DNA of 64,000 nt from an uncultured Acidobacteriota bacterium. GTDB taxonomy: Bacteria > Acidobacteriota > Thermoanaerobaculia > UBA5066. Location of the stretch: assembly GCA_963779415.1 (NCBI GenBank), contig CAVZYA010000002.1:544001-608000 (forward strand), written 5' to 3'. This document shows positions 1-10,367 of the stretch, one piece after another. The notes beneath the pieces were generated by a model. The model made no database searches. It was not told where the DNA came from and saw only the letters and a program-made list of their open reading frames with translations. Both the position numbers and the translations under genes were made by a program. How positions within the stretch are numbered: position 1 is the first letter of the stretch; the number at the start of each line of letters is the position of its first letter.

Positions 1-202
1 CCCAGTAGACGCGATCGGGAAAACTCTGGTCCGGGTAGGGCGAGTAATCGGGCTTCTTCGCCTCGATCGGCTTTCGCGCCGTCTCGCCCGGAGGGGTCGT
101 TTGGGCCGCGGCGACGTGAGGGACGCCAGCGGCAACGAGCCAGAACCCGATGGCCACCAGGCCGGAGAAACGGGCGTCGAGAGACCGTGGGCTTCGTTTC
201 AT
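1..202 (-). CDS. DUF3604-like (PHP-fold) secreted protein, 5' part only (runs off window)
   Basis: Own translation from ATG 202 with GGAGG RBS: MKRSPRSLDARFSGLVAIGFWLVAAGVPHVAAAQ...YSPYPDQSFPDRVYWG. Signal peptide followed by the YSPY...FP.RVYWG start I recall for DUF3604 proteins. Confidence 0.6.
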   Translation of the reverse strand, partial: MKRSPRSLDARFSGLVAIGFWLVAAGVPHVAAAQTTPPGETARKPIEAKKPDYSPYPDQSFPDRVYW

Positions 203-378
203 CGTTGCCTCCGCAGCGTTCAGAGACTACCCCACCTGGATTGATGAGCGGGTTCGCGCCCTATCATTTTCGGGCAAACGCCCGCTGAGGATGGCCGCCA
301 CTCGAGCCGATCGACGTCGCGCAGGAATTGCGGTTGCGTCCGCTAAGATCGGGCCGGGCGAAAGCGAGGAGTAAGGCC

Positions 379-1152
379 ATGAAGATCGGAAAATCGACGA
401 CGCTCATGCTGGCCGTCGCCGCGTGACTGCTGGCGTCGCCGGCCTTGGCCCGCGCTGCGGATCCCGCCGCCCCCGAGAACTGGAAATTCGACGGCGAGAT
501 CTACCTCTGGGGCGCTTCGATCGGCGCCAGGACGGTGACGGGCGGCAACATCGACGTCGGGTTCGACACCCTTCTGAAGCATCTCGACATGGGCTTCATG
601 GGCGCCCTCGGGGCGCGCAAGGGCAAGTGGTCGATAGTCGTGGACGCCCTCTATCTGGATCTTTCCGCCGACAGAACCGGCTCGATCGCGCTGCCGGACG
701 GCTCGATTGCGACATCGAGCAGCCTTGGCTTGAAAGGCTGGGTCGTCGACCCGAGCGTCGGCTACAACGTGGTCGACACGGAGCGGGTTGTTCTCGACGT
801 GCTGGTCGGCGCGCGCTATCTGTACCTGAAACCCACGCTCTCCGCGCAGGTCGATGGTCCGTTGGGGACGCGATTCCGCGAGTTCTCGGAGTCCGCAAAC
901 GTCTGGAACGGGATCGTCGGCGTCCGGGGGCGACTGAACATCTGCCCGCGCTTCTTCCTTCCCTATTATGCGGACATCGGCGCCGGAGCCTCGAAGCTGA
1001 CCTGGCAGGCGTTCGGCGGCGTCGGCTACAGCTTCGGGCGGATCGAGATCGTGGCCGCGTATCGGTACATCGGCTGGAACCTCAAGAACGACAATCTGTT
1101 TGAAGACCTGAACTTCGGCGGTCCCTTCCTCGGGGCGAAAATCTACTTCTGA
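379..1152 (+). CDS. Outer-membrane beta-barrel protein; in-frame TGA at 424-426 inside the signal peptide
   Basis: GAGGAG RBS, ATG 379: MKIGKSTTLMLAVAA*LLASPALARA, in frame with ORF 445..1152. Alternating aromatic beta-strands; C-terminal GAKIYF OMP signature. Confidence 0.7.
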
Positions 1153-1170
1153 GCGCCGGTTGGCCGCTCG

Positions 1171-1196
1171 GGGCCGCATTCGAAAGGGTGCGGCCC
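1171..1196. terminator. Stem-loop between convergent genes (possible bidirectional terminator)
   Basis: GGGCCGCATTC-GAAA-GGGTGCGGCCC: 11-bp stem (with G-U pairs) and GNRA loop; no U-tract. Confidence 0.45.
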
Positions 1197-1210
1197 GTCG
1201 CGTTCTCGGG

Positions 1211-1747
1211 CTACTTCTTCGGCGGGTAGCCCGCGAACATCTCGGCCGCGACCTCGCGCAGCTTCTTCTCGCGGTCCTCGGCGGTCCGGTTCGGGTCCGT
1301 GCTGAGCGTGCCGCTCGCGACGCCGCGCCAAACGAGCTCCTTCTTCTTCGCGTCCACGAGGTCGATCATGAGCGTCCCGACGGGGATCTGGGTCACGGTC
1401 GTCGTCGTCGTCCCCATGCCGCCGTAGCCGTACCAGCCGTAACCGTAGCCCCAGCCCGTGTTGTACGTGTTGATCTGCGTCTCCTTCGTGAGGCGCGGGT
1501 GCGCCGCGACCCAGAGGTCGCCGCCGGAGTCGACCTTCTTCAGGCCCTTCGCCGCGAGCGTGTCCGAGAAGACTCCCTCGATCCGCTTGGTCCAGAGCGA
1601 GTCCTTGAGTTCACCGGTGTCCTTCCACATGAACGTCCTGTACGAGGCGAAGTCGGCCGTCTTGTCGAAATCGGTCGAGACGGAAATGGACGAGCAGCCC
1701 GCGGCCGCGAGGACCGCTCCCAGGACAAGGGCGAAGGTTCGTTTCAT
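1211..1747 (-). CDS. DUF4136 family lipoprotein
   Basis: Lipobox LAAAGC; DFDKTADFASYRTF, GWGYGYGW and GTLMIDLVDAKKKELVWRG motifs. Confidence 0.85.
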   Translation of the reverse strand: MKRTFALVLGAVLAAAGCSSISVSTDFDKTADFASYRTFMWKDTGELKDSLWTKRIEGVFSDTLAAKGLKKVDSGGDLWVAAHPRLTKETQINTYNTGWGYGYGWYGYGGMGTTTTTVTQIPVGTLMIDLVDAKKKELVWRGVASGTLSTDPNRTAEDREKKLREVAAEMFAGYPPKK

Positions 1748-1799
1748 CGTGTCGTCTCCTTTTGCCAGCGGTCGAGGATCTCACGGAGGCGGGCGCGGG

Positions 1800-4010
1800 C
1801 TACTTCAGCAACGTCGCCTCGAAGAACTCCACCGTCCGCTGGTTCGCGTAAAGGCGGGCCTCCGGATCGCGCGGGCCGTGCTTCTGGCGCGGCAAAGGGA
1901 CGAACTCGTAGTCCTTCCGCGCCTTCATCAGCTCGTCGGCGAAGAGGATCGTGTTCTGCATGTGGACGTTGTCGTCCGACGTCCCGTGCAGGATCAGGAG
2001 CTTCGTCCCGAGCTTTCCCGCGGCGAGGAGGTTCGAGGAGGTCTTGTACCCCTCGGCGTTCTCCTTCGGGAGCTTCATGTACCGCTCCGTGTAGATCGAG
2101 TCGTAGAGCTTCCAGTCGGCGACCGGCGCGCCGGCCACGGCGCAGCGGAAGAGCTCGCCCGCGTGCGTGGCGGCAAAGAGCGTCATGTAGCCGCCGTACG
2201 ACCAGCCGCGGATCCCGATCCGGGAGGCGTCGACGAATGGACGCTTCTTCAGGTCGGCGATTCCTTCCAGCTGGTCGGCGAGCTCCAGGGTCCCGAGGTT
2301 CTTCAGGACGGCCGCCTCGAAAGCGTGACCCCGCCCCCACGAGCCGCGGTTGTCCATCGACCATACGAGGATCCCCTTCGTGGCGAGGAGGGCGTCGAGG
2401 CCGGGCGAGGCGAAGGCGTTCCGGACGACCTGCGCGTGCGGGCCGCCGTAGACGTCGACGACGACCGGGTACTTCTTCGACGGGTCGAAGTCCGGGGGCT
2501 TCATCAGCGAGGTGTAGAAGAGCGTCCCGTCTTTCCCGCGGAAGGAACCGAGCTCGACCGTCGGCAAGGCGTAATCGCCGAGCGTGCTCGCCGGCTCGTC
2601 GAGGGTTGCCACGACGGAGCCGTCGGAAGACTTCCGCAGGACCGTGCGGGGCGTCACGGTGAGGCTCGAGGTGGTGGAGACGAACCACTCCCCGCCGGGG
2701 GAGAGGACGAGGCCGTGCGTCCCCTCCTCGCTCGTCAGTCGCCGGAGGCCGCCGCCGCCGAGGGAGACGCGGTAGACGTGGCGCTCCCGGGGGTCCTTCT
2801 CCGTCGCGACGACGAAGGCCACGCCGCTCTTCTCGTCGACGTCCCACGACGGGTCGACCATCCAGCTCCCGCTCGTGACGGCGTTCTTCATCGTCCCGTT
2901 CTTTCCGTACCGGTAGAGGTGCGCGAAGCCGGAGCGCTCCGAAATGCGGAGGAATCCCGAGCCATCCTTCAGGAAACGGGGAGCTTCGATGTGGTTGATC
3001 CAGGCCGGATCGCTCTCGGAGAAAAGGAGGCGCGGGGCCCCGCCGGCGCGCGGGAGGAGCCAGCACTCGACGTGTGTCTGGGTCCGGTCGAGCCTGAGGA
3101 GCGCGACGGAATTCGTGTCCGGCGTCCAGGAAAGCTCGGGCGCGATCAGGACGTCGTCCGGGTCGGGCCGGTACGACGCGGTCTCGACGCCGTCGAGGCC
3201 GACGACGTGGACCGAGGGGATCGCGTTCGGATCGCCGGCCTTCGGATAGCGCTGGGGGGTCACCTTCCCGTTCGTCGGAAGGTAGTCGACGATCGGGTAT
3301 TCGGGGACCCGGTTCTCGTCGAGGCGGATGTAGGCGAGGGCCTTCGAGTCGGGGGCCCACTCGAACGTCCGGCCGCGCCGCCGGTTCGCGAGCTCTTCCT
3401 CGTAGACCCAGTCGAGGGTCCCGTTCAGGACGTGCTCGGCCCCGGTCGCCGTCAGCCGCGTCTCCGCCCCGGTCGCGACGTCGACGACCCAGAGGTCGTG
3501 CTTCTTCGCGTACGCCACCTTCGTCCCGTCGGGGGAGAAGACGGGATACTCCTCGGCCTCCTTGTCGTTCGTCAGCCGTTTCGGCGCCTCCCCGGGCTTC
3601 CCGTCGAGGCGCCAGAGCCATAGGTCCGAGTCGGCCGACGCGAGGAGGGCGCCTCCGTCCGGCGCCCACGGCGCGGAGGCGAGCGGGACGGGCTTCGGCT
3701 TCTCCTCCTTGCCGTCCTTCTTGACGGGGGGGAGCGTCGGCTTCGCGAGAAGCGCCGTCTTCGTTCCGGTCGCCGTGTCGTACTCCCAGAGCGTGGCGGC
3801 GGCGCCGGGACCGAAGCCCTCGGTCGTCACCCAGGTCACGCGGTGCCGATCGCGCCAGACGAACCCGGTCCCGCCGCGGGACACGATCGGCCTCTCGCCG
3901 GAGACGGCCTCGAGGGTCAGGGGCTTCTTCGCGGGGGCGGCCCCCGTGCTCGCGAGAGAAGACGCGGCGAGAAGGAGCGCGGGAAGGAGACGGCCGGAGC
4001 GAAATCTCAC
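1800..4010 (-). CDS. S9 family dipeptidyl-peptidase IV-like peptidase
   Basis: GTG start overlaps upstream TGA; signal peptide; DWVYEEE, YPKAG, VYGGP, GWSYGG (catalytic Ser), HGTSDDNVH, His in QKHG. Confidence 0.92.
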   Translation of the reverse strand: MRFRSGRLLPALLLAASSLASTGAAPAKKPLTLEAVSGERPIVSRGGTGFVWRDRHRVTWVTTEGFGPGAAATLWEYDTATGTKTALLAKPTLPPVKKDGKEEKPKPVPLASAPWAPDGGALLASADSDLWLWRLDGKPGEAPKRLTNDKEAEEYPVFSPDGTKVAYAKKHDLWVVDVATGAETRLTATGAEHVLNGTLDWVYEEELANRRRGRTFEWAPDSKALAYIRLDENRVPEYPIVDYLPTNGKVTPQRYPKAGDPNAIPSVHVVGLDGVETASYRPDPDDVLIAPELSWTPDTNSVALLRLDRTQTHVECWLLPRAGGAPRLLFSESDPAWINHIEAPRFLKDGSGFLRISERSGFAHLYRYGKNGTMKNAVTSGSWMVDPSWDVDEKSGVAFVVATEKDPRERHVYRVSLGGGGLRRLTSEEGTHGLVLSPGGEWFVSTTSSLTVTPRTVLRKSSDGSVVATLDEPASTLGDYALPTVELGSFRGKDGTLFYTSLMKPPDFDPSKKYPVVVDVYGGPHAQVVRNAFASPGLDALLATKGILVWSMDNRGSWGRGHAFEAAVLKNLGTLELADQLEGIADLKKRPFVDASRIGIRGWSYGGYMTLFAATHAGELFRCAVAGAPVADWKLYDSIYTERYMKLPKENAEGYKTSSNLLAAGKLGTKLLILHGTSDDNVHMQNTILFADELMKARKDYEFVPLPRQKHGPRDPEARLYANQRTVEFFEATLLK

Positions 4011-5543
4011 TTCGACTCTCCGGAAAGCGGCTTCATCGTCATCGGGTCGCGGAGGGGCAGCTCGGTCAGCTTCCCGCCCGTCAGGTCGGAGAACTTCACC
4101 GGGTGCTTCGGGTCGGGGTTCAGGAGGTCGGCCTTTTTCCCGACGACGAGGAGGGTCACCTTGTCGGGAGTGATCAGCCTTTCGGCCGCCCGCTTCACGT
4201 CGGCGGCCGTCACCTTCTCGATGTTCGCGCGGAAGTTCGCGGTGTACGCCGGGTTCGTCTTGTACCGGCCCGTGAACTCCTCGTCGAGGAGGGCCGAGAC
4301 GACCTGCGCCTTCGTCGCGAAGCGCCGGGGAAACGTGTCGACGATCGAGGCCTTCGCCGTCTTCAGCTCGTCGTCCGTGACCCCCTGGTCGCGCACCTTC
4401 TGCATCTCCTGAAGGACGATCTCCGAGGCGTACGCCGCCGTCCGGACTTTCGACTGGAATGCGGCGCGCCAGATTCCGGGATACCAGACGCCGCCGTCGA
4501 GGACGGAGCCGGCCGAATACGCGAGCCCCTCGTCGGAGCGGACGCGGTTCGTGATCCGGCTCGTGAAGCCGCCCCCTCCGAGGACGTCGTTCATGACCTC
4601 GTGCGGCGTAGAAGTCGGGGTCGTCGCGGGAGATGCCCGGAAGGAGAATGGAAACGCGCCCCTGGTTGACGTCCTTGTCGACGAGGAACGTGCCGGGCAC
4701 CATCTTGTGATCCGGTTTCGGGACCGGCGGGGAGGAGTCGCCGGGATGGGGCCAGGAGGCGAAGAGGGCCTCCAGCTTTTTCAGGATCGCCGCGCGGTCG
4801 AAGTCGCCCGAGACGGCGACGAGGACGTTCCGCGGGTGGACCGTCCTCCGCTGGAAGGCGACGAGGTCGTCCCGGGTGATCGACTCGATGGAAGCCTTCG
4901 TCGGGTACCGGTTCGTCCAGAAGCCGTCCCCCCAGGCGAGGAAGCCCCTCTCGCGCGCCTCGATGGCGGCCGAGTCGTCGTTCCGCCGCTTCATCTCGGA
5001 GAGAAGCTGGCTCTTGCGGAGCGTGACGCGCTCGTCGGCGAAGCGCGGCTCGGTCAGCACCTCGCGGAGGATCGCGAGCCCTTCGTCGAGGTCCTTCGAG
5101 AGGAGGTTCAGCGTCACGGTCCCGCGGTCGCTCCCGCCGGACGCGGGGCCCCCCATGGGACCGCGCACTTCGCCCCATGTCGAGCCGAGCTGCGCGGCGA
5201 GGAGCGCGAGCCGCTCCTCCAACTGCTCCGGCGTCCGTCTCTTCGTTCCGCTCCGGGAGAGGAGATAGCCCGCGATCTCGGCGAGCCCCTCCTTTCCGGG
5301 CGGGTCGAGATACGTCCCGCCGCGGAAGACGAGGGAGAAGTTGACGAGGGGAAGCTCGTGGTTCTCGGCGAGGTAGACGACGACGCCGGACGAAAGGACG
5401 GCGCGGTGGTCCTTCGCGGAGGGGGGCGTGAACGTCATCTTCGGGTAGACGAGCCTGTCGGGATGCGCCGGGATCTCGCCGGCGGCGAGTGCCAGGGGAA
5501 GAAAGAAAGCGAGAAAGGAGACCTTCATGGCGGCATTCCTCAT
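4007..5543 (-). CDS. M16 (insulinase) family zinc peptidase, non-catalytic partner subunit; +1 frameshift near 4600
   Basis: MRNAAMKVSFLAFFLPLALAAG... ENHELPLV, DPPGKEGLA, no HxxEH. Continues in another frame as VMNDVLGGGGFTSRITNRVRSDEGLAYS (ORF 4007..4594). Confidence 0.85.
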
Positions 5544-7159
5544 CGCGGCATCTCCCCCTTCATCGCTCGGGGAGGCGCGGCCAGGGTGCCTTCTTTCCGA
5601 CTGACGAAGAGTTCGGCCCGGTTGTTCGCCGTCAGATAGGTCCGGGCCACGCGCCGGACGTCCTCGGCGGTGACGGCGGCGGCCTTCCTCGGTCCCTCGT
5701 TCATCTCCCGCCAGTCGCCGTATCCCTCGTAGACCATCAGCTGCAGCAGGATGAAGAAGTTGCTCGAGAGGCGCCGGAACGAAGCCGCCGCGACATTGTT
5801 CTTGACCTTCCGGAGCTCCTCTTCGGGGGCGAGGTCCGTCTTCAGCTTCTCGATCTCGGCGAGCGCCCCCTTCTCGACCTCCTCGAGCGATTTCCCCTCC
5901 TTCGCCTCGGCGTCGATCAGGAACCCGCCGGCGTACTTCTGCGGCTCCATCAGCTCCCCCGCCGAGGCCCGCGCCTTCGTGGCGACGGCGCCGGCCGGGA
6001 GGACGAGGGCTTTGTCGAGCCGCCCCGTCCGGCCGTTCAGGAGGCCGGCGAGGATCTGGAGCGCGTAGGAGTCCCGGTGCTCGAAGGGAACGGTGTGCCA
6101 GCGGATCGAAACCTCCGGGTTCGTCTCGGCTTCGCCCGTGACGCGGACCTCGGCATCCCACTTCGGGGGAGCCGTGATGACCTCCGGCGGAGGATTCTTC
6201 CCGCGCGGGATCCGGCCGAAGTACCTCTCCGCGAGGGCCGCGGCCTGGGTCGGGTCGACGTCGCCGACGAGGATGGCCGTCACGTTGTTCGGAGCGTAGT
6301 AGAGGGCGTAGTAGTCGTCGGCCTGCTGCTTCGTGATGGCCGCGAGATCCGACGGGTAGCCGATGGCGGGCCACGCATACGGGGAGCTGTGCCAGAAGAT
6401 CTCCCCGAAGGCCTCCTCGAGCTTCCCGGTCGGCGTCGACTCGACGCTCCGGCGCCGCTCCTCGTAGACGACGTCCCGCTCGGCGTAGAACTCGCGGAAC
6501 ACCGGGTTCTTCAGTCGGTCCGACTCCAGCCACATCCAGAGCTCGAGCTTGTTCTTCGGGACGTTGACCCAGTAGCCGGTCATGTCCTCGGCCGTGAAGG
6601 CGTTCATGCCGGAGGCCCCCTGGGCCGAGTAGATCTTGTCGAACTCGTTCTTCACGAGGAGGTCGCGCTGGGCCTTGACGAGCTCGTCGAACTGCTTCTC
6701 CAGCTCCTTGTAGCGGACCGTCTTGTTCTCGGGCTTCGTGAGGTCGTCGATCTCGCCGCGCCGCCACGCCGCGCGCATCTTCGAGACCTCCTCGCGCATC
6801 GCCGTCCGGACTTTCTCCTGCTCCTCGATCAGGGCGAGATCCTTCGCGCTGTCCTTCGCGGGGTCCTTCAGGCCGATCGTCGGCGTTCCCTTGAACATCA
6901 TGTGCTCGAAGAGGTGGCTGATCCCGGTGATGCCGGGACGCTCGTTGGCGCTCCCGACGTGGGCGACCCACCCGCACGCGATCGTAGGCTCGTCCTTCCG
7001 GGGGAGAACGAGAAGCTTCATCCCGTTGGAAAGCGTCGTTTCCTCCACTTTCAGCTCCTGGGAGCCGGCAGGGCCGGCTGACAGAAGAAGGCCGGCGAGA
7101 AAAAGCGATCCCGTCGCCGCGGCGCGCCGCCGCGGGCGGCGGGAGAAGATGGCGTTCAT
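5540..7159 (-). CDS. M16 family zinc peptidase, catalytic subunit
   Basis: GISHLFEHMMFKGT (HxxEH), NAFT, ERDVVYEERR, YYAPNN; signal peptide. Confidence 0.92.
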   Translation of the reverse strand: MNAIFSRRPRRRAAATGSLFLAGLLLSAGPAGSQELKVEETTLSNGMKLLVLPRKDEPTIACGWVAHVGSANERPGITGISHLFEHMMFKGTPTIGLKDPAKDSAKDLALIEEQEKVRTAMREEVSKMRAAWRRGEIDDLTKPENKTVRYKELEKQFDELVKAQRDLLVKNEFDKIYSAQGASGMNAFTAEDMTGYWVNVPKNKLELWMWLESDRLKNPVFREFYAERDVVYEERRRSVESTPTGKLEEAFGEIFWHSSPYAWPAIGYPSDLAAITKQQADDYYALYYAPNNVTAILVGDVDPTQAAALAERYFGRIPRGKNPPPEVITAPPKWDAEVRVTGEAETNPEVSIRWHTVPFEHRDSYALQILAGLLNGRTGRLDKALVLPAGAVATKARASAGELMEPQKYAGGFLIDAEAKEGKSLEEVEKGALAEIEKLKTDLAPEEELRKVKNNVAAASFRRLSSNFFILLQLMVYEGYGDWREMNEGPRKAAAVTAEDVRRVARTYLTANNRAELFVSRKEGTLAAPPRAMKGEMPR

Positions 7160-7263
7160 AGGCACCTCGGGCTCGGTCGAGCCGGCCGCGAGTTTAGGAC
7201 GAGGAGGGGCTGGCGGCGGGTTTCCGAGGCGCTCGGGGCCGGTGTGTCGCATGATCGGGCTTC

Positions 7264-9603
7264 ATGGAGCCCTTCCGCGTCGGCGACGAGATCCCGCTTC
7301 CCGAGCTGGCCCGCCAGCAAGGGCTCGGGAGTCCGAATGTCGTCGTCGAGAAGGTGATCCGGGGCGGGATGAGCGTCTGTGCGCTCGTCCGACCGCACGG
7401 CCTCGGCGCAAGCTACGCGCTGAAGGTTCCTGCGGCGGAGCTCGTCACGGACCCGGGCGCGATGGAGCGGTTCCTCGACGAGCTCCGGGTCTGGCTGACG
7501 CTCTCGGCCTGCGAAGGGGTCGTCGAGGCTCTCTGCGTCTTCCGTTTCGGAGGGCTTCCGGCCGTCGTCTCGAGGTGGATGGAGGGGGGGAGCCTCCGGC
7601 ACAAGATGAACCGCCGCGATCCGGAGTTCTTCTACGGGACGATGCTCCGGCTCATCGGGGCGCTCGAATGGGCGGCGAAGAAACGCGGCGTCCTTCACCG
7701 GGATCTGAAGCCGGAGAACGTCCTCTTCGACGACCTCGGCCGGGCCCATCTTTCCGACTGGGGGATCGCCGACTTCCTCGAAGAGGGGACCGACGGACTG
7801 AGACGCGCCCCCGGCGGGACGGTCCTGAAGGGAAAAGGGGTCAAGGCCCGGCTCATCCTCGGCACGGTAACGTACGCGTCGCCCGAGCAGCTCCTCGGGG
7901 GCGTTCCGGTCGACCACCGCGCCGACATCTACTCCCTCGGCACGATCATGTACGAGTGGGAGGCGGGCGAGACCCCCTTCTCCGGCGGCACGTGGGAGGA
8001 GATCCGCAAGCGGAAGCTCTTCGAAAACGCGAAGACGCTGGGCGGTTTCCTCCGCCGGACGACCTTCGGCGCCGAGGAGGTCATCGCGCGGTGCCTCGCG
8101 CGTGAGCGGGGAAACCGGTACGACGACTATCGTGCCCTCGCGGACGCCCTCGTCAACGCCGCCGACACGCGCGGCGTGAAGGTGATGCGGCACACCCCCC
8201 GCATGCGCTATCAGACCGACCTTCTCGACGCCGAGGCGCTGAAGGGCCGGATGTCCATTCACGGCTTCGTCTCGGCGGGCGGGACGGACGGACGCCGGGC
8301 CTCGGTTGCGTGGGAGCGGGCCCGGGAAGCGGTGGACAAGGCGGAGACGTTCGAGAGGGAAGAGAACTGGGTGGAGGCTCACGAACTCTACGCGCGTTTC
8401 TTCATGCCCTCTCTCGTCAAGGATCTCCCGGACGATCCGCTCCAGCAGACGCTGGCCCTCGGGGTGGCGCGGACGCTCCTCCGCCTCGGCAAGCCGGACG
8501 AGGCGCTCCGGAGCCTCGACGCGCTGGCGGGCGCCTCGGTCCGACCCCGCGAGGCGACCATTCTCGCCGTGGAGGCAAGCCTCGAGCGCGGAGATCCGGC
8601 CCACGCCGAGCGGATCGCCTACGCGGCCACGGCCGGCCGGCGGGAAGACGGCGAGCTTCTCGATCTCCTCCTTCGCGCGCAGATCGCGCTCGGGCAGGAC
8701 GAGGCCGCTCTCGAAACGGTCCGACGCCTGATGGCCGTGGAAGGACCGACGCCGCCCGTTCTCCTGTCGCTTTCGGACCTCCTCGTCCGGACGGCGGCGG
8801 CGCGCCCCGAAGCCGAGAGGCCGGAGACGGTGCGGCGCCTCGGGGAGGCTGTGGCGCGACTCGGCGACCAGAATCTCCGCGAGGCCGAACCGGAGGAAAC
8901 GCTGATGACCGCGTCGCGCGCCCTTGCCGCCGCCGAGCGGTGGGAGGAGGCTCTCGCCGGCCTCGGCGCGGCGCCGAAGGCCGGGGAGGATGCCGCCTGT
9001 GCGCGAGCCGAGCTTCTGGCCCGGACTCTGGTCGACTCCGGGCGATACGTGGAGTGCGTCTCCGGCGTGCAGGGGTGGCTCTCCGCGTGGCCGTCGAGCA
9101 TGGCGATCCGCCGATGTGCGGCGGAGGCTCTCGCCTTCGCCCTTGCCGAGGGGCTCCCCGTTCCGGGAGGCGAGAAGTCGGGCGAAGCGGCGCGGCGGGC
9201 TCTCGAGAGCGGTCTTCGCGACAGACCCGAGCCGGGGATCCTCGTCGCGCTCGCGCGCTCCTTCGAGTGGACGGGAGACCGGCGGAAGGCGCTCGACCTC
9301 CTCGAAGGGGGACGCGCGACTTTTGCCGGGAACTTCCGGGTCCGGATCGCGCTCGCGCGGACGCTCGAAAGGGACGGGCAGCTCGCGAGAGCCGTCGTTA
9401 TTGCGGAGGAAGCCGCCGCGGCGGGCCCGTACCGGCCCGACGCGTGGAGGACGCTCGCGGAGATCCGGAGCGCGCTGGGGCAGACGGCCGAAGCCGCCGC
9501 GGCGAGCCGGAGAGCGGCCGACGTCGAGCGCGAGCTGGCAGACGTTTGGCGCGATGGCGCGACGGCCGGCGGGGCTGCCGCCGCACCGCCTTCGAATCGC
9601 TAG
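7264..9603 (+). CDS. Hanks-type Ser/Thr protein kinase with C-terminal TPR-like repeats
   Basis: GGMS, YALK, HRDLKPENVL, LSDWGIA, YASPEQ, ADIYSLG; Ala/Arg-rich helical repeats C-terminally; no TM seen. Confidence 0.85.
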   Translation: MEPFRVGDEIPLPELARQQGLGSPNVVVEKVIRGGMSVCALVRPHGLGASYALKVPAAELVTDPGAMERFLDELRVWLTLSACEGVVEALCVFRFGGLPAVVSRWMEGGSLRHKMNRRDPEFFYGTMLRLIGALEWAAKKRGVLHRDLKPENVLFDDLGRAHLSDWGIADFLEEGTDGLRRAPGGTVLKGKGVKARLILGTVTYASPEQLLGGVPVDHRADIYSLGTIMYEWEAGETPFSGGTWEEIRKRKLFENAKTLGGFLRRTTFGAEEVIARCLARERGNRYDDYRALADALVNAADTRGVKVMRHTPRMRYQTDLLDAEALKGRMSIHGFVSAGGTDGRRASVAWERAREAVDKAETFEREENWVEAHELYARFFMPSLVKDLPDDPLQQTLALGVARTLLRLGKPDEALRSLDALAGASVRPREATILAVEASLERGDPAHAERIAYAATAGRREDGELLDLLLRAQIALGQDEAALETVRRLMAVEGPTPPVLLSLSDLLVRTAAARPEAERPETVRRLGEAVARLGDQNLREAEPEETLMTASRALAAAERWEEALAGLGAAPKAGEDAACARAELLARTLVDSGRYVECVSGVQGWLSAWPSSMAIRRCAAEALAFALAEGLPVPGGEKSGEAARRALESGLRDRPEPGILVALARSFEWTGDRRKALDLLEGGRATFAGNFRVRIALARTLERDGQLARAVVIAEEAAAAGPYRPDAWRTLAEIRSALGQTAEAAAASRRAADVERELADVWRDGATAGGAAAAPPSNR

Positions 9604-10304
9604 AGGAACCGCCGGATCGCCTCGTTCCAGAACGGCCAGTCGTGGCCGAAGACGCCCGGCCAGAACTCGGCGTGGCAAGGGATCCCCTTGCCCTGAAGCA
9701 GCTCCGCGAAGTCGCGGTTCTGCCGGATCAGCGAGTCGTACTCTCCCGTCGCGACGATCCACTCGACGCCGCGGAGCCGCGCGCACCAGTCGCCGTCCAT
9801 GTTCGCGATGTAGGCGGCCGGAGAGTGGTAGTACGCCAGGTCGTCCCAGTACCCGTCGAGGTACCGGCCGACGTGGTAGAGGCCGGAGAAGCAGATCGCC
9901 TTCGTGATCCGGCCCGGATAGCGCCCGGCGACGTTCGCGGCGTGGTAGGCGCCGAAGGAGGCGCCCCCCACGGCCACGTTCCCTCCCGTCCGGCCCTCGA
10001 CGAGGGGGAGCATCTCGTCGCGGAGATACCGGTCGTACGCGTCGTGGCGGAGGAGGCGGTCGCGCGGCGGGACGGCCGTGTTGTACCAGCTCTCGGCGTC
10101 GACCGAGTCGACGCAGACGATCTGAACGTGCCCGGCGTCCACCTTGTCCGCGAGCGCGCCGACGAGGCCGAAGTCCTCGTTCTGGTAGAAGCGCCCCATC
10201 GACGTCGGGAAGAGGAGAAGCGGCCGGCCGCGTTCGCCGAACCAGAGGTACTCCATCGTCCGGCCGAGAGCCGGGCTGAACCACGAACCGTAATCGCGTC
10301 GCAT
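9600..10304 (-). CDS. Putative esterase (alpha/beta hydrolase)
   Basis: MRRDYGSWFSPALGRTME, LFPTSMGRFYQNED, nucleophile elbow GASFG, HDWPFW. Confidence 0.85.
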   Translation of the reverse strand: MRRDYGSWFSPALGRTMEYLWFGERGRPLLLFPTSMGRFYQNEDFGLVGALADKVDAGHVQIVCVDSVDAESWYNTAVPPRDRLLRHDAYDRYLRDEMLPLVEGRTGGNVAVGGASFGAYHAANVAGRYPGRITKAICFSGLYHVGRYLDGYWDDLAYYHSPAAYIANMDGDWCARLRGVEWIVATGEYDSLIRQNRDFAELLQGKGIPCHAEFWPGVFGHDWPFWNEAIRRFL

Positions 10305-10367
10305 GGCGGCGGAGTCTACGACGGCCCCTGCTAGGATTCGCGCGCCGCGCGGAGGTCGGATCACGCC

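Noticed and set aside
424-426. Selenocysteine or alternative genetic code
   Set aside because: Position is in a signal peptide, and TGA is a normal terminator for many genes in the window.
1800-6977. 1725-aa ORF suggesting an M16-S9 peptidase fusion
   Set aside because: Composite of an off-frame shadow of the first M16, the N-part of the second M16 and, via the ~4600 frameshift, the S9 gene, which has its own GTG start and signal peptide.
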